Source: Mobula birostris
Taxonomy: Eukaryota
Reading direction: 5' to 3'
DNA length: 64,000 nt
Assembly: GCF_030028105.1 (NCBI RefSeq)
Contig: NC_092389.1
Span: 14,185,180 to 14,249,179 of the forward strand
Part shown: in pieces, positions 38,893 through 51,137 of the stretch
Layout: every line of letters begins with the position of its first letter
How positions within the stretch are numbered: position 1 is the stretch's first letter
Notes under the pieces: generated by a model
The model's database searches: none
What the model was told of the DNA's origin: nothing
Seen by the model: only the letters and a program-made list of their open reading frames with translations
Position numbers and translations under genes: made by a program

Positions 38893-40789
38893 ACAATGAA
38901 CATGGAGTTGTAGTTAAAAGCAAGGTGTTGGTATTTGGTTGATAGTACCATTAGTTGAACTATCAACCACTCATGAAGTTTGAATCAATTCTAAACAACA
39001 AGTTGGGAACAATCAACAATCATTGGTGAAAGGATTCAATGTCTGAGAGAGGACCGTTGAACCATTAAAACCAGACCAAAATTTCAGAGTGAAAATGAGG
39101 AAATGGACTGGATCAGGATGTGCCTTACAAGGCACTACTAGAAAGGATAGTGGGAGCAGATTTTCAAATGGGATTATGAAAAAAGGGTGAAATATTGGAG
39201 AAACAGGTGAAAAATTATTTAGCTAGCTCTTCTCAGCAATAGCCCTAAAGACTACTTCCTGTGCTGCAAGATTGAAGTGCAGAATGGGGTCAAACAGGGC
39301 TGTAGCTTCAAACTTCCCTTTTCAATCTTCCTCGTTACAATACCGCACCTCAGCTCCAACAAGCCACTTGCTGGAGTTAATCAACTGAACCCATGAAATC
39401 TTTTCCACCATTGGTTCAGGCATGAAACTGAAGATACAATAAATCAATGGCTTCCTACCAACTGGCCTTGCTTGATCTTCCCTCCAACTCTTGCCCACCA
39501 CTCTACCCAGAGTAATTCACTTTCTGTGTTTTGAAAGACTCATCTGAATGAAGACATATTACTAACGAAATTTACCATCTCCAGTGGATTAACAAAAGTG
39601 GGTAAAGGGTGGTTAAAGACAAAACCTGAAACCCCACAGCATGCTCACAGTCTATCAAGCAGATTGAGTCTCAACTTCTTGTATGTGTTAGAGCATGGAT
39701 ATCTTACTGTAGGCACTTCACTCTAGTGGAGAATTGCCACTAACATGTCCCTACAGAGTCTACCAAGTTCACTGGCAGATTGGTGAATCAATATCAGTGT
39801 GCTCTCCCATGCCAATACACACTTAAAAAGACTCTGATTGCAGTCAACCAGCTCCAGCATGTTGACATCATCGTCCACATGCTGACAGCCAATTCCCAAA
39901 TCAAGCACTTTGAGCTCATTCTCAAAGAGATTTCCTGAAGAGCACAGGTTTCTCTTCAAGGACCACCTCATAGACCACTTTATATAAGAAAGCGTAATTC
40001 CTGAGAGTAACCATCCTTGTGCTGGGATGGTTCAAAAGGAGCATTTGCAAAGGCTCTGAGACCTTTTAATATTAGGTGCTGAGGCCATGCATAAACAGCA
40101 GGAACAGGCACCATTTCAAATAACCCTCCCCTATCTCCCATGGCCTAGTCTCCTCTCCTATCATATTGCTTCTTCAATCCTTTACCTCTTCTACCATTTC
40201 CCTCCCAGTTTCTCACTTCATCCGTCCCACTTCCCCACCCTCCCCCGGTTTCAGCTATCACCTGCCATCTTGTACTCCTTCCCCTCCCCAACCCACCACC
40301 TTACTCTGGCTTCTTCCGACTTCCTTTCCAGTCCCGATGAAGGGTCTCGGGCCGAAGCTTCAATTGTGCCCTCTCCATAGATGCTGCCTGACCTGCTGAG
40401 TTCCTCCATCATTTTGTGTGTGTTATTCCAAATAACACACTTATTTACTAATCGTAGACCAACTGCCCTATCTTTGATCTCAGAACTGGAGTAGAAGCAA
40501 GCCATCATCATTGCGAAGGTACTGCCAGAGAGATATAGTGAGGCCTCTGCTGGTCAGAGTTGACCACAGTGCGTCCTAGCTCTGTAGCTATGCAAACCTG
40601 GGCAGCACGTTATGGAGAGCAAGCTCTTTCTCTCTATGCATCTGCTGAAGTCTAAGGAATGGCAGAGACTGATTCCGTTTCCAGGCTTAAGGAACATTTA
40701 TTATCAAAGAATGGATATAGTATACAACTCTGAAATTCGTCTTCTCCAGACAGCCATGAAACAAAGAAAATTATGGAACAGTTCAAAGA

Positions 40790-43550
40790 AAAGCATCAAC
40801 CCTTCCACACAAAAAATAAAACGAATAGTGCAAATGGCAACAAGGACATCAATCCCACCACATGGGGAAAAAATAAATTGCGCAAAGAGCAACAAGAACA
40901 TCAAAAACCATATAAACCCCACTGCGCTCAAAAAAAATTGCGCAAACGGCAACAAGAGCATCAAACCCCAACCCCCCCCCCGAGCAAAAAGCTAATCACA
41001 CAGACAGCAACAAGAGCATCAAACCCCATACCCCCCCTCGTACAAAAAGCAAATCTCGCAAATGGGAACAAGACCTTCAAACCCCACCCCGCGCAAAAAA
41101 ACTAATCACGCAAACGGCAACAACCATCAAATTCCAAACACCCCCACACAAAATACAAGTTGCGCAAACGGCAACAAGAGCATCAAGCTCTCAAACCCCC
41201 TGCGCAAAAAGCTATCATGCAAACAGCAAAACGACCTTCAACCCCCCCCCACGCAAAAAACAAGCAAATGGCAACAAGAGCTTCAACCCCCCCGCACAAA
41301 AAACAAATCGTGCAAACTGCAACAACACCTTCAAACACCCCCTGCACAATAAACTAATCACGCAAACGGCAACAAGACCTTTAAACCCCCTCTCGCGCTA
41401 AAAGCAAATCTCGCAAATGGCAACAAGAACTTTAAACCCCCTCTCGCGCTAAAAGCAAATCTCGCAAATGGCAACAAGAACTTTAAACCCCCTCTCGCGC
41501 TAAAAGCAAATCTCGCAAATGGCAACAAGAACTTTAAACCCCCTCTCGCGCTAAAAGCAAATCTCGCAAATGGCAACAAGACCTTTAAACCCCCTCTCGC
41601 GCTAAAAGCAAATCTCGCAAATGGCAACAAGAACTTTAAACCCCCTCTCGCGCTAAAAGCAAATCTCGCAAATGGCAACAAGAACTTTAAACCCCCTCTC
41701 GCGCTAAAAGCAAATCTCGCAAATGGCAACAAGAACTTTAAACCCCCTCTCGCGCTAAAAGCAAATCTCGCAAATGGCAACAAGACCTTTAAACCCCCTC
41801 TCGCGCTAAAAGCAAATCTCGCAAATGGCAACAAGAACTTTAAACCCCCTCTCGCGCTAAAAGCAAATCTCGCAAATGGCAACAAGAACTTTAAACCCCC
41901 TCTCGCGCTAAAAGCAAATCTCGCAAATGGCAACAAGAACTTTAAACCCCCTCTCGCGCTAAAAGCAAATCTCGCAAATGGCAACAAGAACTTTAAACCC
42001 CCTCTCGCGCTAAAAGCAAATCTCGCAAATGGCAACAAGAACTTTAAACCCCCTCTCGCGCTAAAAGCAAATCTCGCAAATGGCAACAAGACCTTTAAAC
42101 CCCCTCTCGCGCTAAAAGCAAATCTCGCAAATGGCAACAAGACCTTTAAACCCCCTCTCGCGCTAAAAGCAAATCTCGCAAATGGCAACAAGAACTTTAA
42201 ACCCCCTCTCGCGCTAAAAGCAAATCTCGCAAATGGCAACAAGAACTTTAAACCCCCTCTCGCGCTAAAAGCAAATCTCGCAAATGGCAACAAGAACTTT
42301 AAACCCCCTCTCGCGCTAAAAGCAAATCTCGCAAATGGCAACAAGAACTTTAAACCCCCTCTCGCGCTAAAAGCAAATCTCGCAAATGGCAACAAGAACT
42401 TCACACCCCCCACACAAACGGCAACAAGACCTTCAAACCCCCCTGCACAAAAAACTAATCACGCAAACGGCAACAAGAGCATCAAACCTCAACCCCCCCA
42501 CACAAAACACTATCACGTAAATGGCAACAAGACCTTCAAAACCCCCGCGCAAAAAACATGCAAACAGCAACAAGAACTTCAAACCCGCCCCCCCCGGCGC
42601 AAAAAACAATCATGCAAACAGCAACAACACTTTCAAACTCTCCCGCACAAAAAGCAAATCTCGCAAATGGCAACAGTCCCCCTCGCGCAAAAAAACTATT
42701 CACACAAATGGCAACAAGAGCAACAAATTCCAAACCCCCGCCCACAAAAAAAAGTTGCGCAAACTGCAACAAGAGCATCAAACCCCAAACCCCTGCACGC
42801 AAAAAGCTATCATGCAAACGGCAACAAGAACTTCAACCCCCCCCGCGCAAAAAACTAATCACACAAACGGCAACAAGAGCATCAAACCTCAAATCCCACC
42901 TCATGCAAAAAGCAAATCTCGCAAATGGCAACAAGGCCTTCAAACCCCCCCCCGCACAAAAAACTAATCACACAAACGGCAACAAGACCTTCAAACTCCA
43001 CCCCCCACGCAAAAAGCAAAGCAGAGAAACGGCAACAAGAGCATCAAATCCCAAACCTTCCCTCGCAAAAAAATCACGAAATCAGCAACAAGTCCTTCAA
43101 ACCCCAGACATCCCCCCCCCGTGCGTAAAATTCAATTTGCACAAACAGCTTTAAGAGAATCAAACCCCAACCCCCCCCCGCACAAACGGCAACAAGAGCA
43201 GCAACCCTCAAACTCCCTCTTGCGCGGAAAACAAATCGTGCAAATTCCAACAAGGCCTTCAAACCCCCAAACCCCACCCCTCTGAGCAAATGGCAACAAG
43301 AGCATCAAACACCAAACCCCCCGGCACAAAAAAAACAATTTGCACAAACGGCAACAAGAACACCAAACACCAAGCCTCCCTCTTCGTGCACAAAAAAAAT
43401 CGTACAAATCTCACAAACAGCAACAAGAACATCAAGCCCCCCATGTGCAAAATAACAAATCATGCAAACAGCAAAAAGAACATCAAAACCCAAACTCCAA
43501 ATCCCACCTCCCGCGCAAAAAAACAAACAAATCGCGCAAACAACAACAAT
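40790..43550. repeat. A/C-rich minisatellite with conserved core GCAAA(C/T)GGCAACAAGA.C.TCAAACCCC and degenerate flanks
   Basis: The core recurs every ~45-60 nt, and one more unit resumes at 44770-44838 after a nested insertion. Confidence 0.95.
41361..42380. repeat. Homogeneous core of 20 x 51-bp units
   Basis: Unit cgcaaatggcaacaaga(a/c)ctttaaaccccctctcgcgctaaaagcaaatct. The C variant occurs in units 1, 5, 9, 15 and 16. Confidence 0.98.
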
Positions 43551-43960
43551 AACCTCTGGTAAGATGGCGGCGCGTTTGGTCGCAGCGGCTTCTACAAGAG
43601 GTGTTACAGTCCTATTTAAACCTATTTTTAATGATCGTGCGATCCTGTTATACATAACGGACATGAAGTATTTTGTGCGGTTGTATTTTCTACTGATATT
43701 CTATATGGGCTTGTTGATCGAGACCGGTGCATTCCACCAGGGGCGTTGTGGTCGACTGAAGTTTTCGATGGGTATTTTGTGCAGTTGTTTTTTTTCCTGA
43801 TATTCTAGATGAGCTTGTAGTTGTGTATATGCGTGGACTGGACCTCAAGCCACAGCCAGGAGCTGGTGTCGGGGCTGGTGCACTCCACTGGGGGCGTTGT
43901 GGTCGACTGTAGTTTCGATGGGCTGCCGGGTGGGAGTATCTGACTAATACAAGTTTATTT

Positions 43961-44445
43961 CCATCTGGGTAGCCTCCAACCTGATGGCATGAACATTGAC
44001 TTCTCAAACTTCTGCTAATGCCCCACCTCCCCTTCGTACCCCATCCCTTATTTATATGCACACATTCTTTTTCTCTCTCTCCTTTTACTCCCTCTGTCCC
44101 TCTCACTATACCCCTTGCTCATCCTCTGGGCTTTTCCCCTTCCCCCTTTTCTTTCTCCCTGGGCCTCCTGTCCCATGATCCTCTCATATCCCTTTTGCCA
44201 ATCACCTGTCCAGCTCTTGGCTCCATCCCTCCCCCTCCTGTCTTCTCCTATCATTTTGGATCTCCCCCTCCCCCTCCCACTTTCAAATCTCTTACTAACT
44301 CTTCTTTCAGTTAGTCCTGACTAAGGGTCTCGGCCCGAAACGTCGACTGTACTTCTTCCTAGAGATGCTGCCTGGTCTGCTGCGTTCACCAGCAACTTTT
44401 ATGTGTGTTGCTTGAATTTCCAGCATCTGCAGATTTCCTCGTGTG
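43961..44445 (+). mobile_element. Penelope-like 3' end containing a hammerhead motif
   Basis: 13-bp TSD tacaagtttattt (43948-43960 and 44446-44458). Starts with the GIY-YIG C-terminal LGSLQPDGMNIDFSNF. Hammerhead-like motif at 44312-44349. Confidence 0.85.
44312..44349 (+). ncRNA. Minimal hammerhead motif, decayed (CUGACUA for CUGANGA)
   Basis: TAGTC-CTGACTA-A-GGGT-CTCG-GCCC-GAAAC-GTC-GACTG. Confidence 0.65.
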
Positions 44446-45246
44446 TACAAGTTTATTTTATATGGTTGTATTTTTTTCTAATATTCTGTATGGGCTTGTA
44501 GCCTTGTATATGCATGGACTGGGCCTCAAGCCGTGGCCTGGGGTGCTCATGGAGTCTAGGCTGGATGAGATGGGCTCTTTTGTAGTTGATTGTGGATTGA
44601 TGACATGAGTTTTTAGATTCTCTTATTGCTTGATGGTAATACTATTTGTGCTTGCTATCTTTTGTGTACTTTGTGCTGTGTTTTACACCTTGACACTGTT
44701 CTGTCTAGCTGTATTCATGATTATTTATGTATGGTTGAAATGACAATTAAACTTGAATTGAATTGAATAATGTCAAACCCCAACCCCACCTCCCCCACAG
44801 CGTGCAGAAAAAAAAACAAATTGTGCAAACGGCAACAGTCTTCCTCAACACTTTAACGACAAGATCAGTGAAAAGTGGAGTCGATCATTGGCTCGCACTC
44901 AGTCTCTTAAGCTTCCAGACCTCGTGGCTGCTCGCCTCATAGAATCTTCACGGAGACAGCAAAGCACCGGATCGCTCAATTTTTCTTCAAACTGTGGATC
45001 ACAGGCTCCAACGGTACCAGAAACACATTTAGGATAAAAAGAATACATAGAAGTGAAAGAAACTGTTTTGTGGACTATCTGGAAGATGTCGTTCGAGGAA
45101 GTGTTGTTCACTGGCGTCATCTTGACTGGAACGAGCAACTTTGTAGGAGTTGCCAGTCAGCGCTGAAGGCAACATGGCACTGCCTTAGGAACTCCAGCTC
45201 TGGAATTTTCCCTCAGGGTTTATTCCCAAGTATCCCCCATGAGTGG

Positions 45247-45475
45247 TGCCGGCTGGTGGCGTAGTGGCATCAGCGCCGGACTTCGGAGCAAAGGCTCCAG
45301 AGTTCGAATCCAGCCGGCTCCCTAAGCACGCTTTCCATCCATGCTGGGTTGAGCGCCGAGCTAGCAACTCGACCTCGTAAAAAAGAAATGGCCTGCGACA
45401 GAAACACCAACAGCAAAAAGTTGATGGCCTATGCTCTCTCGTGAGTTTGAAAGCAATTTCTTCTTCTTCTTCATT
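45247..45475 (+). mobile_element. Young tRNA-derived SINE (tRNA-Arg(TCG)-like head) with a (TTC)n tail
   Basis: A box tggcgtagtgg (45257-45267), anticodon-like gacttcgga, B box gagttcgaatcc (45300-45311), and 12-bp TSD ccccatgagtgg (45235-45246 and 45476-45487). Confidence 0.85.
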
Positions 45476-48400
45476 CCCCATGAGTGGATATAGCCACAAG
45501 GCAGCAGGTTTGAGATCGGAATTTTTTTTCTCCAAGATGAACTGCCAACCACAGCTGATGAGCCCTGTCTGCCTGAAGCAACTGGCTTTAAGGCACCAGT
45601 CACCTGCCTTTGCCCCTTCTCCTGTCAGTAGAAACAGTCCCACTGGGCTTAGTAGCTCAGCCACATGTGAAGGCCAGGAGCTGGACTTGGTTGTCAGAGG
45701 CTATTTGAGGCACATACCATTGGGAAAACTTAATAGGTAGTGGGAGCTTGTCCCAGTACTATCCCTGTCTTTTACAGCCTTAAGGAACCAAGGCAACCAG
45801 AGAAGTATACTCAGTAAGGATATCAATAATCTACTGAAGCACCACTAAAACCAGAACACTATATTTATATATCGAAAAACAGCTAGTTATAAGACCATAA
45901 GAGAAAGGAGCACAATTAGACCATTCAGCCCATTGAATCTGCTCTACCATCCAATCATTTACTTACCCTCTCAACCAATGTTCCCTCTAATTTGTAATGA
46001 GCAGTATGCGCAAAAATCTTGTGCTGTGCAATTTTTTGCCCAGTAACACCAACATGTGCACACTGAATAATTTCTTCAAGAAAAACAGGACAAACAGCTT
46101 GTTCTAAAACCTGCAGACAAATCACCGCAAACTCCATGCTTAACCAGGCCAGTCTGAAAAAATCACTCAGCAATTACTATTAACAGATCAGTTGCAATAT
46201 CAGAGGAAACACTGGACCATTGCTACACCATCATCAAGAATACCTACCGTGCTATTTCACGCCCTTACTTTGGGAAGTCTGATCACCAGGCTGTACTTCT
46301 ACTCCCTGAGTATACACAGAGACTGAAGACTGCTGCACCAGTAGTGAGGACCAAGAAGGTATGGACAAGGGAAGCACAGGAGCCCTTACAGGACTGCTTT
46401 AATCGGTGGACTGGACTGTATTCAGGGATTCATCTTCAAACCGGGATGAGTATGCTGCAGTTGTTACCGACTTCATTAAAACCTGTGTGGATGAGTGTGT
46501 GCCTACTGTACATTCCCAAACCAAAAGCCATGGATGAACCAGGAGGTACGTTATCTGCTGAAGGCTAGATCTGTAGCATTCAAGTCTGGTGACCCAGGCC
46601 TGTACCAGAAAACCGGGTATGATTTGCAGATCATGTGAAAGGAAATGTGATTGTGTACAGTTGTGAAATACACTTAACACGCCGATGATGTAGGGGGTGA
46701 CAACCTCTTGTGCACACGCACACGTGCACACCTTAGAGGGAACATTGCTCTCAATCTCATCAGTCAGCCTTCTCCCCTAATTTTAACGCCCTTAGTAATC
46801 AAGAATCTATCAACCTCTGCTTTAAATATACCCAATGGCTTGGCCTCCGCAGCCATATGTGGCAGTAAATTCCACAGATCCACCACTCTGGCTAAAGAGA
46901 TTCCTGTTCACCTCTGTTCTAGTTTTGAATTTGCAAAAGTCAGAAGAATCTACATTAAAGACCTCAGAATCTCCTTTGTTTAGTGGCTTTGCAAAAAGCA
47001 ACCAAACTGCACGTAACAAAGTCCCACAAAACAAAAATATGGAGATAAAAGGTAAGATTTGTGTGCTGCAGTGACCTTAACTGAGGATAATATTTTACAG
47101 ACTTATCTACAGAATTGTACCATGGAATCATCCGCCTCAGAGAGACACACGGAATTGCTTTTTAATGTCTGATCCCAAGGATACCATGTCTGAGAGTGTA
47201 GAAATCTTGTGTAACAGCCCACCAGTTGCGCAGTGCTTAAATTGCACAACTGGTGGTCGAGACATGCCAAGGGAAGTGTGCCACAAAAGCAGTGTCTTCA
47301 TAACTTTAACATAATTGGGAGAAGTGGAACAGTTTGTGAAATCATGTAAGTGAACTTAAAAAGGGCAGTTAGGTTAATTTTATACAATGCATTTTAGTCA
47401 GGGGAACAAGCTAGATTAAAGAGAACAAAAAGACAAGGGGTCAACAATCAGATAGTAAGTGAATATTTTGTAAATAATACAATGGAACAATTGAATATAA
47501 TGTTTGCATTAACAGAGAAAAGATATGAAGGATTTAGTCTTCATGACTCTTCAAAATGGCTGTTTTGTTCCTGTTGGTTGGGCACAAATTGATGAATCTC
47601 AGAGCCTATAGCAAAGTCCTTGTGAATCAACTGAGTCAGAACAAGGTTCATTCTTGTGCAGTACTGTCACTTGATCGGCTTGTCTGGCTTATTCCATTTT
47701 ATATTAGCAGTATTTTGCAAATAGTGCCCTGGCAACTCAGCTCCACCCAAACAATGTTGTGCTTACTGCTTTACTGGTTCACAAAGAACATCTCACATTT
47801 CAGGAAGATTAAATACCTACAGCACAACAGTCTTTGGCTACTTACACAAACGATCTGCGAACCTGCTGGACTATCAAAGATCATTTCTTCTCCTCCCTTC
47901 ACACAGAACCAAACTGCAATCTGCCAAACTTATCAAAATACAAACTCCCATTGAATTTTCTTTTAAACGAGGCTGCATCGGAAAGAATTCTCCTGAGGCC
48001 AGACCAAAAGATGGTGTTGGAATAAAGTGAAACGCTCGTCAATGAGGAGAGAGAGTTGGATACTCATTACCATTTAGGAGGGGAGTGCATCAGATCGGTC
48101 CCGGTTTCTAAAAGCTCACAGAACTATGTTGCTGCCAAACTGGGAGAAACAAGGAGGCTTTTGTAGAAATGCCTTTATGGGGAGAGTAACGGCTCAGGCT
48201 AAATGGGCCAAAGGGCCTGTTTCTGTGCTGTAGTGTTCGATGACTCTAATAAAGTCATGGTGTAACAGCAGAGTGATCCCTGCCCTCCTATAAGCTTTTG
48301 ATACCAGGACTACTTACAACAGGCATAACAAGACATGATAACATACCCCCTGTGCTGTCTCCACAATATTGTACCAACATTTATTTATTGATTGATTGAG

Positions 48401-48479
48401 ATGCAGCAGAAAGTCGGCCCTCCGGCGCTCCAGGCTACGCCGCCCAGCAATCCCCTGATTTAATGCGAGCCTAATCAGG

Positions 48480-48857
48480 AGACAGCAGTACCCTACAGAG
48501 AACTCTCTACGGGCAAGAAAGATCGTGGTGCCCCGCGCAAGAGATACAAAGACCAACTTAAGCAGCAGCTCTCTCACACAAATATCAAGGTCAATGAGTG
48601 GCAGCAGCTAGCTTGTGGCGGAGGGTAGGCATGGAGAAGCCAAGAACTTTGAGGAATTCAGAAGAGCGACTGCTGAAGAGAAGAGGAGACGCAGGAAGGA
48701 TCCTAGTACCATGCACCTGCATCCCGGCTGCTCTCATGTCTCTACTGTTCCAGAGTCTGCAGATCCAGAATTGGCCTCTACAGTCACCAACAATCGTGCC
48801 TTCGCTCCTGAGGACTCTTCTTCCCTCCTGATCTTCACAAGTGAAGAACCAGCCATC
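48480..48857 (+). mobile_element. RTE-clade LINE 3' fragment inserted into a V-SINE
   Basis: Encodes ELSTGKKDRGAPRKRYKDQLK (RTE C-terminus). TSD aatcagg at 48473-48479 and 48858-48864. Confidence 0.75.
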
Positions 48858-51137
48858 AATCAGGGGACAATTTACAATGACTAACTAGCCTACCAATCAG
48901 TTCCTCTTTGGACTGTGGAAGGAAACCGGAGCACCCAGAGGGAGCACACGCGGTCACGGGGAGAACGTACAAACTCCTTACAGACAGCGGCGGGAATCGA
49001 ACCTGAGTCACTGGTACTGTTAAACATTGTGCTAACCCACTACACTACCGTCCCACCCATAAACGTAGAAGCATTGAAACAAGAGCACAGGTAGGCCTTT
49101 TGCCCTTCATGCTTCACTGTCATTTAATACAATCACAACTGATCCTTTATCCTACCTTTGGTGCCTTTTATGTCTAGAATTCTAACCACCTTCTTAAATA
49201 TAGAAAGATAAGACCATAAGACATAGGAGCAGAATTAGGCCATTTGGCCTATCATGTCTGCTCCATCATTCAATCATGGCTGATCCTTTTTTTCCCTTCC
49301 TCAGCCCCACTCTCTGGCCTTCTCCCCATAAACTTTAATGCTATGTCCAATCGAGAGCCTATCAAGCTCTACCTTAAATACACTCAACAACCTGGCCTCC
49401 ACAGCTGACTGTGGTAATAATTTCCACAAATTCACCACCCTCTGGCTAAAGAAGTTTCTGTTTTAAATGGATGCCCCTCTATCCTGAGGCTGTGCCCTCT
49501 TGTCCTAGACTCTCCCACTATGGGAAACATCCTTTCCACATCTACTCTGCCTAGGCCTTTCAACATCTGAAATGTTTCAATGAGATCCCCCCTCATCCTT
49601 CTGAATTCCAGCGAGTACGGACCCAGAGCTATCAAACATTCCTCATATGATAACCCTTTCATTCCCGGAATCATCCTTGTGAACCTCCTCTCCAATGCCA
49701 GCACGTCTTTTCTTAGATGAGGAGCCCAAAACTGTTCACAATACTCAAGGTGAGGCCTCACCAGTGCTTTATAAAGCCTCAGCATCATATCCCTGCTCTT
49801 GTATTCTTGACCTCTTGAATTGCATGCTAATATGGTATTTGCCTTCCTCACCACTAACTCCACCCGCAAGTTAACCTTTAGGGTGCTCTGCACAAGGACT
49901 CCCAAGTCCCTTTGCATCTCAGATTTTTGGATTTTCTCCCCATTTAGAAAGTAGTCTGCATATTTATTTCTACTACCAAAGTGCATGACCATGCATTTTC
50001 CAACATTATATTTCATTTCCCACTTTCTTGCCCATTCTCCTAATCTATCTAAGTCCTCCTGCATCCTACCTATTTCCTCAACACTACCTGCCCCTCCACC
50101 AATCTTCGTATCATCTGCAAACTTGGCAACAAAGCCATCTATTCCAACATCTAAATCATTTATATACAGCATAAAAAGAAGTGGTCCCAACACCGACTGC
50201 TGTGGAACAACACTAGTCACTGGCAGCAAACCAGACAAGGATCCTTTTATTCCCACTCGCTGCCACCTACCAATCAGCCAATGCTCTAACCATGTTAGTA
50301 ACATTCCTGTAATACCATGGGCTCATAACTTGGTAAGCAGCCACATGTGTGGCACCTTGTCAAAGGCCTTCTGAAAGTCCAAATATACAACATCCACTGC
50401 ATCCCATTTATCTATCCTATATGTAATCCCCTCAAAGAATTCCAATAGGTTTGTCAGGCAAGATTTTTCCTTAAGGGCACCATGCTGACTTTGACCTATC
50501 TTGTCCTGTGACACCAAGAAACCATAACGTCATCCTTAACAATTGACTCCAACATCTTCCCAACCACTGAGGTCAGTCTAACTGGTCTCTAATTGCTTTT
50601 CTGCTGCCTTCCTCCTTTCTTAAAGACTGGAGTGACATTTGCAATTTTCCAGTCCTCTAGCACCATGCCAGAGCCCAATAATTTTTGGGAGATCATTACT
50701 AATGCCTCCATAATCTCTACCACTACCTCTTTCAGTTCATTTGGTCTGGGTGACTTATGTACCCTTAGGTCTTTCAGCTTTTCTCCCTTGTAATAGTAAC
50801 TGCACTCACTTCTTTTCCCTCACACCCTTCAACATCTGGCACACTGCTAGTGTCTTCCGTGGTGAAGACTGACGCAAAACACTCATTTGGTTCATCTGCC
50901 ATCTCCTTGGCCCCCATTATTATTTCTCCAGCCTCACTTTCTAGCGGTCCTATATCCACTCTCATCTTTCTTTTATTTTTTACATATTTGAAAAAGCTTT
51001 TAGTATCCACTTTGATACTGTTTGCTAGCTTGCTTTCATATTTCATCTTTTCCCTCCTAATGATTTTTGTAGTTGCTGTCTCTAGGGTTTTAAAACCTTC
51101 CCAATCCTCTGTCTTCCCACTAATTTTTACTTTGTTG

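Larger units (their letters stand above)
43553..44766 (+). mobile_element. Non-autonomous retroposon starting ctctggtAAGATGGCGG and ending with a (ttgaa)n tail
   Basis: It interrupts the minisatellite, has a possible aataa TSD and an internal duplication gggcgttgtggtcgactg (43741 and ~43892), and ends attaaacttgaattgaattg. Confidence 0.65.
40685..45130 (-). mobile_element. Non-autonomous LINE-related element hosting the minisatellite in its 3' region
   Basis: The minus-strand 5' end reads ttccagtcaagatgacgcc (YY1-like aagatggcg start) and the 3' end ...tttgataataaatgttcc. It appears to split an older element (~40530-40683 continuing at ~45145-45790). Confidence 0.5.

Noticed and set aside
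41358-42413. 351-aa ORF of repeated FLLPFARFAFSARGGLK
   Set aside because: It is a by-product of a 51-bp (3n) unit without a stop in one frame. It has a non-ATG start and no splice or promoter context.
40790-43550. CRISPR-like repeat-spacer appearance of the minisatellite flanks
   Set aside because: The linkers are low-complexity and related to one another, the repeats are degenerate and non-palindromic, the central units are identical, there are no cas genes, and the context is eukaryotic.
45248-45320. Possible tRNA-Arg gene
   Set aside because: The anticodon and acceptor stems do not pair canonically, and the sequence is followed by a SINE body, TTC tail and TSD.
45540-45790. Possible second ribozyme in the 5' region of the outer RTE/Vingi-like element (ctgatgag... 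on +; ggggcaa/ttgcttc plus ggcag on -)
   Set aside because: I could not build a complete hammerhead or HDV fold (no convincing GAAA/stem II, or J4/2 and P2) from this decayed copy.
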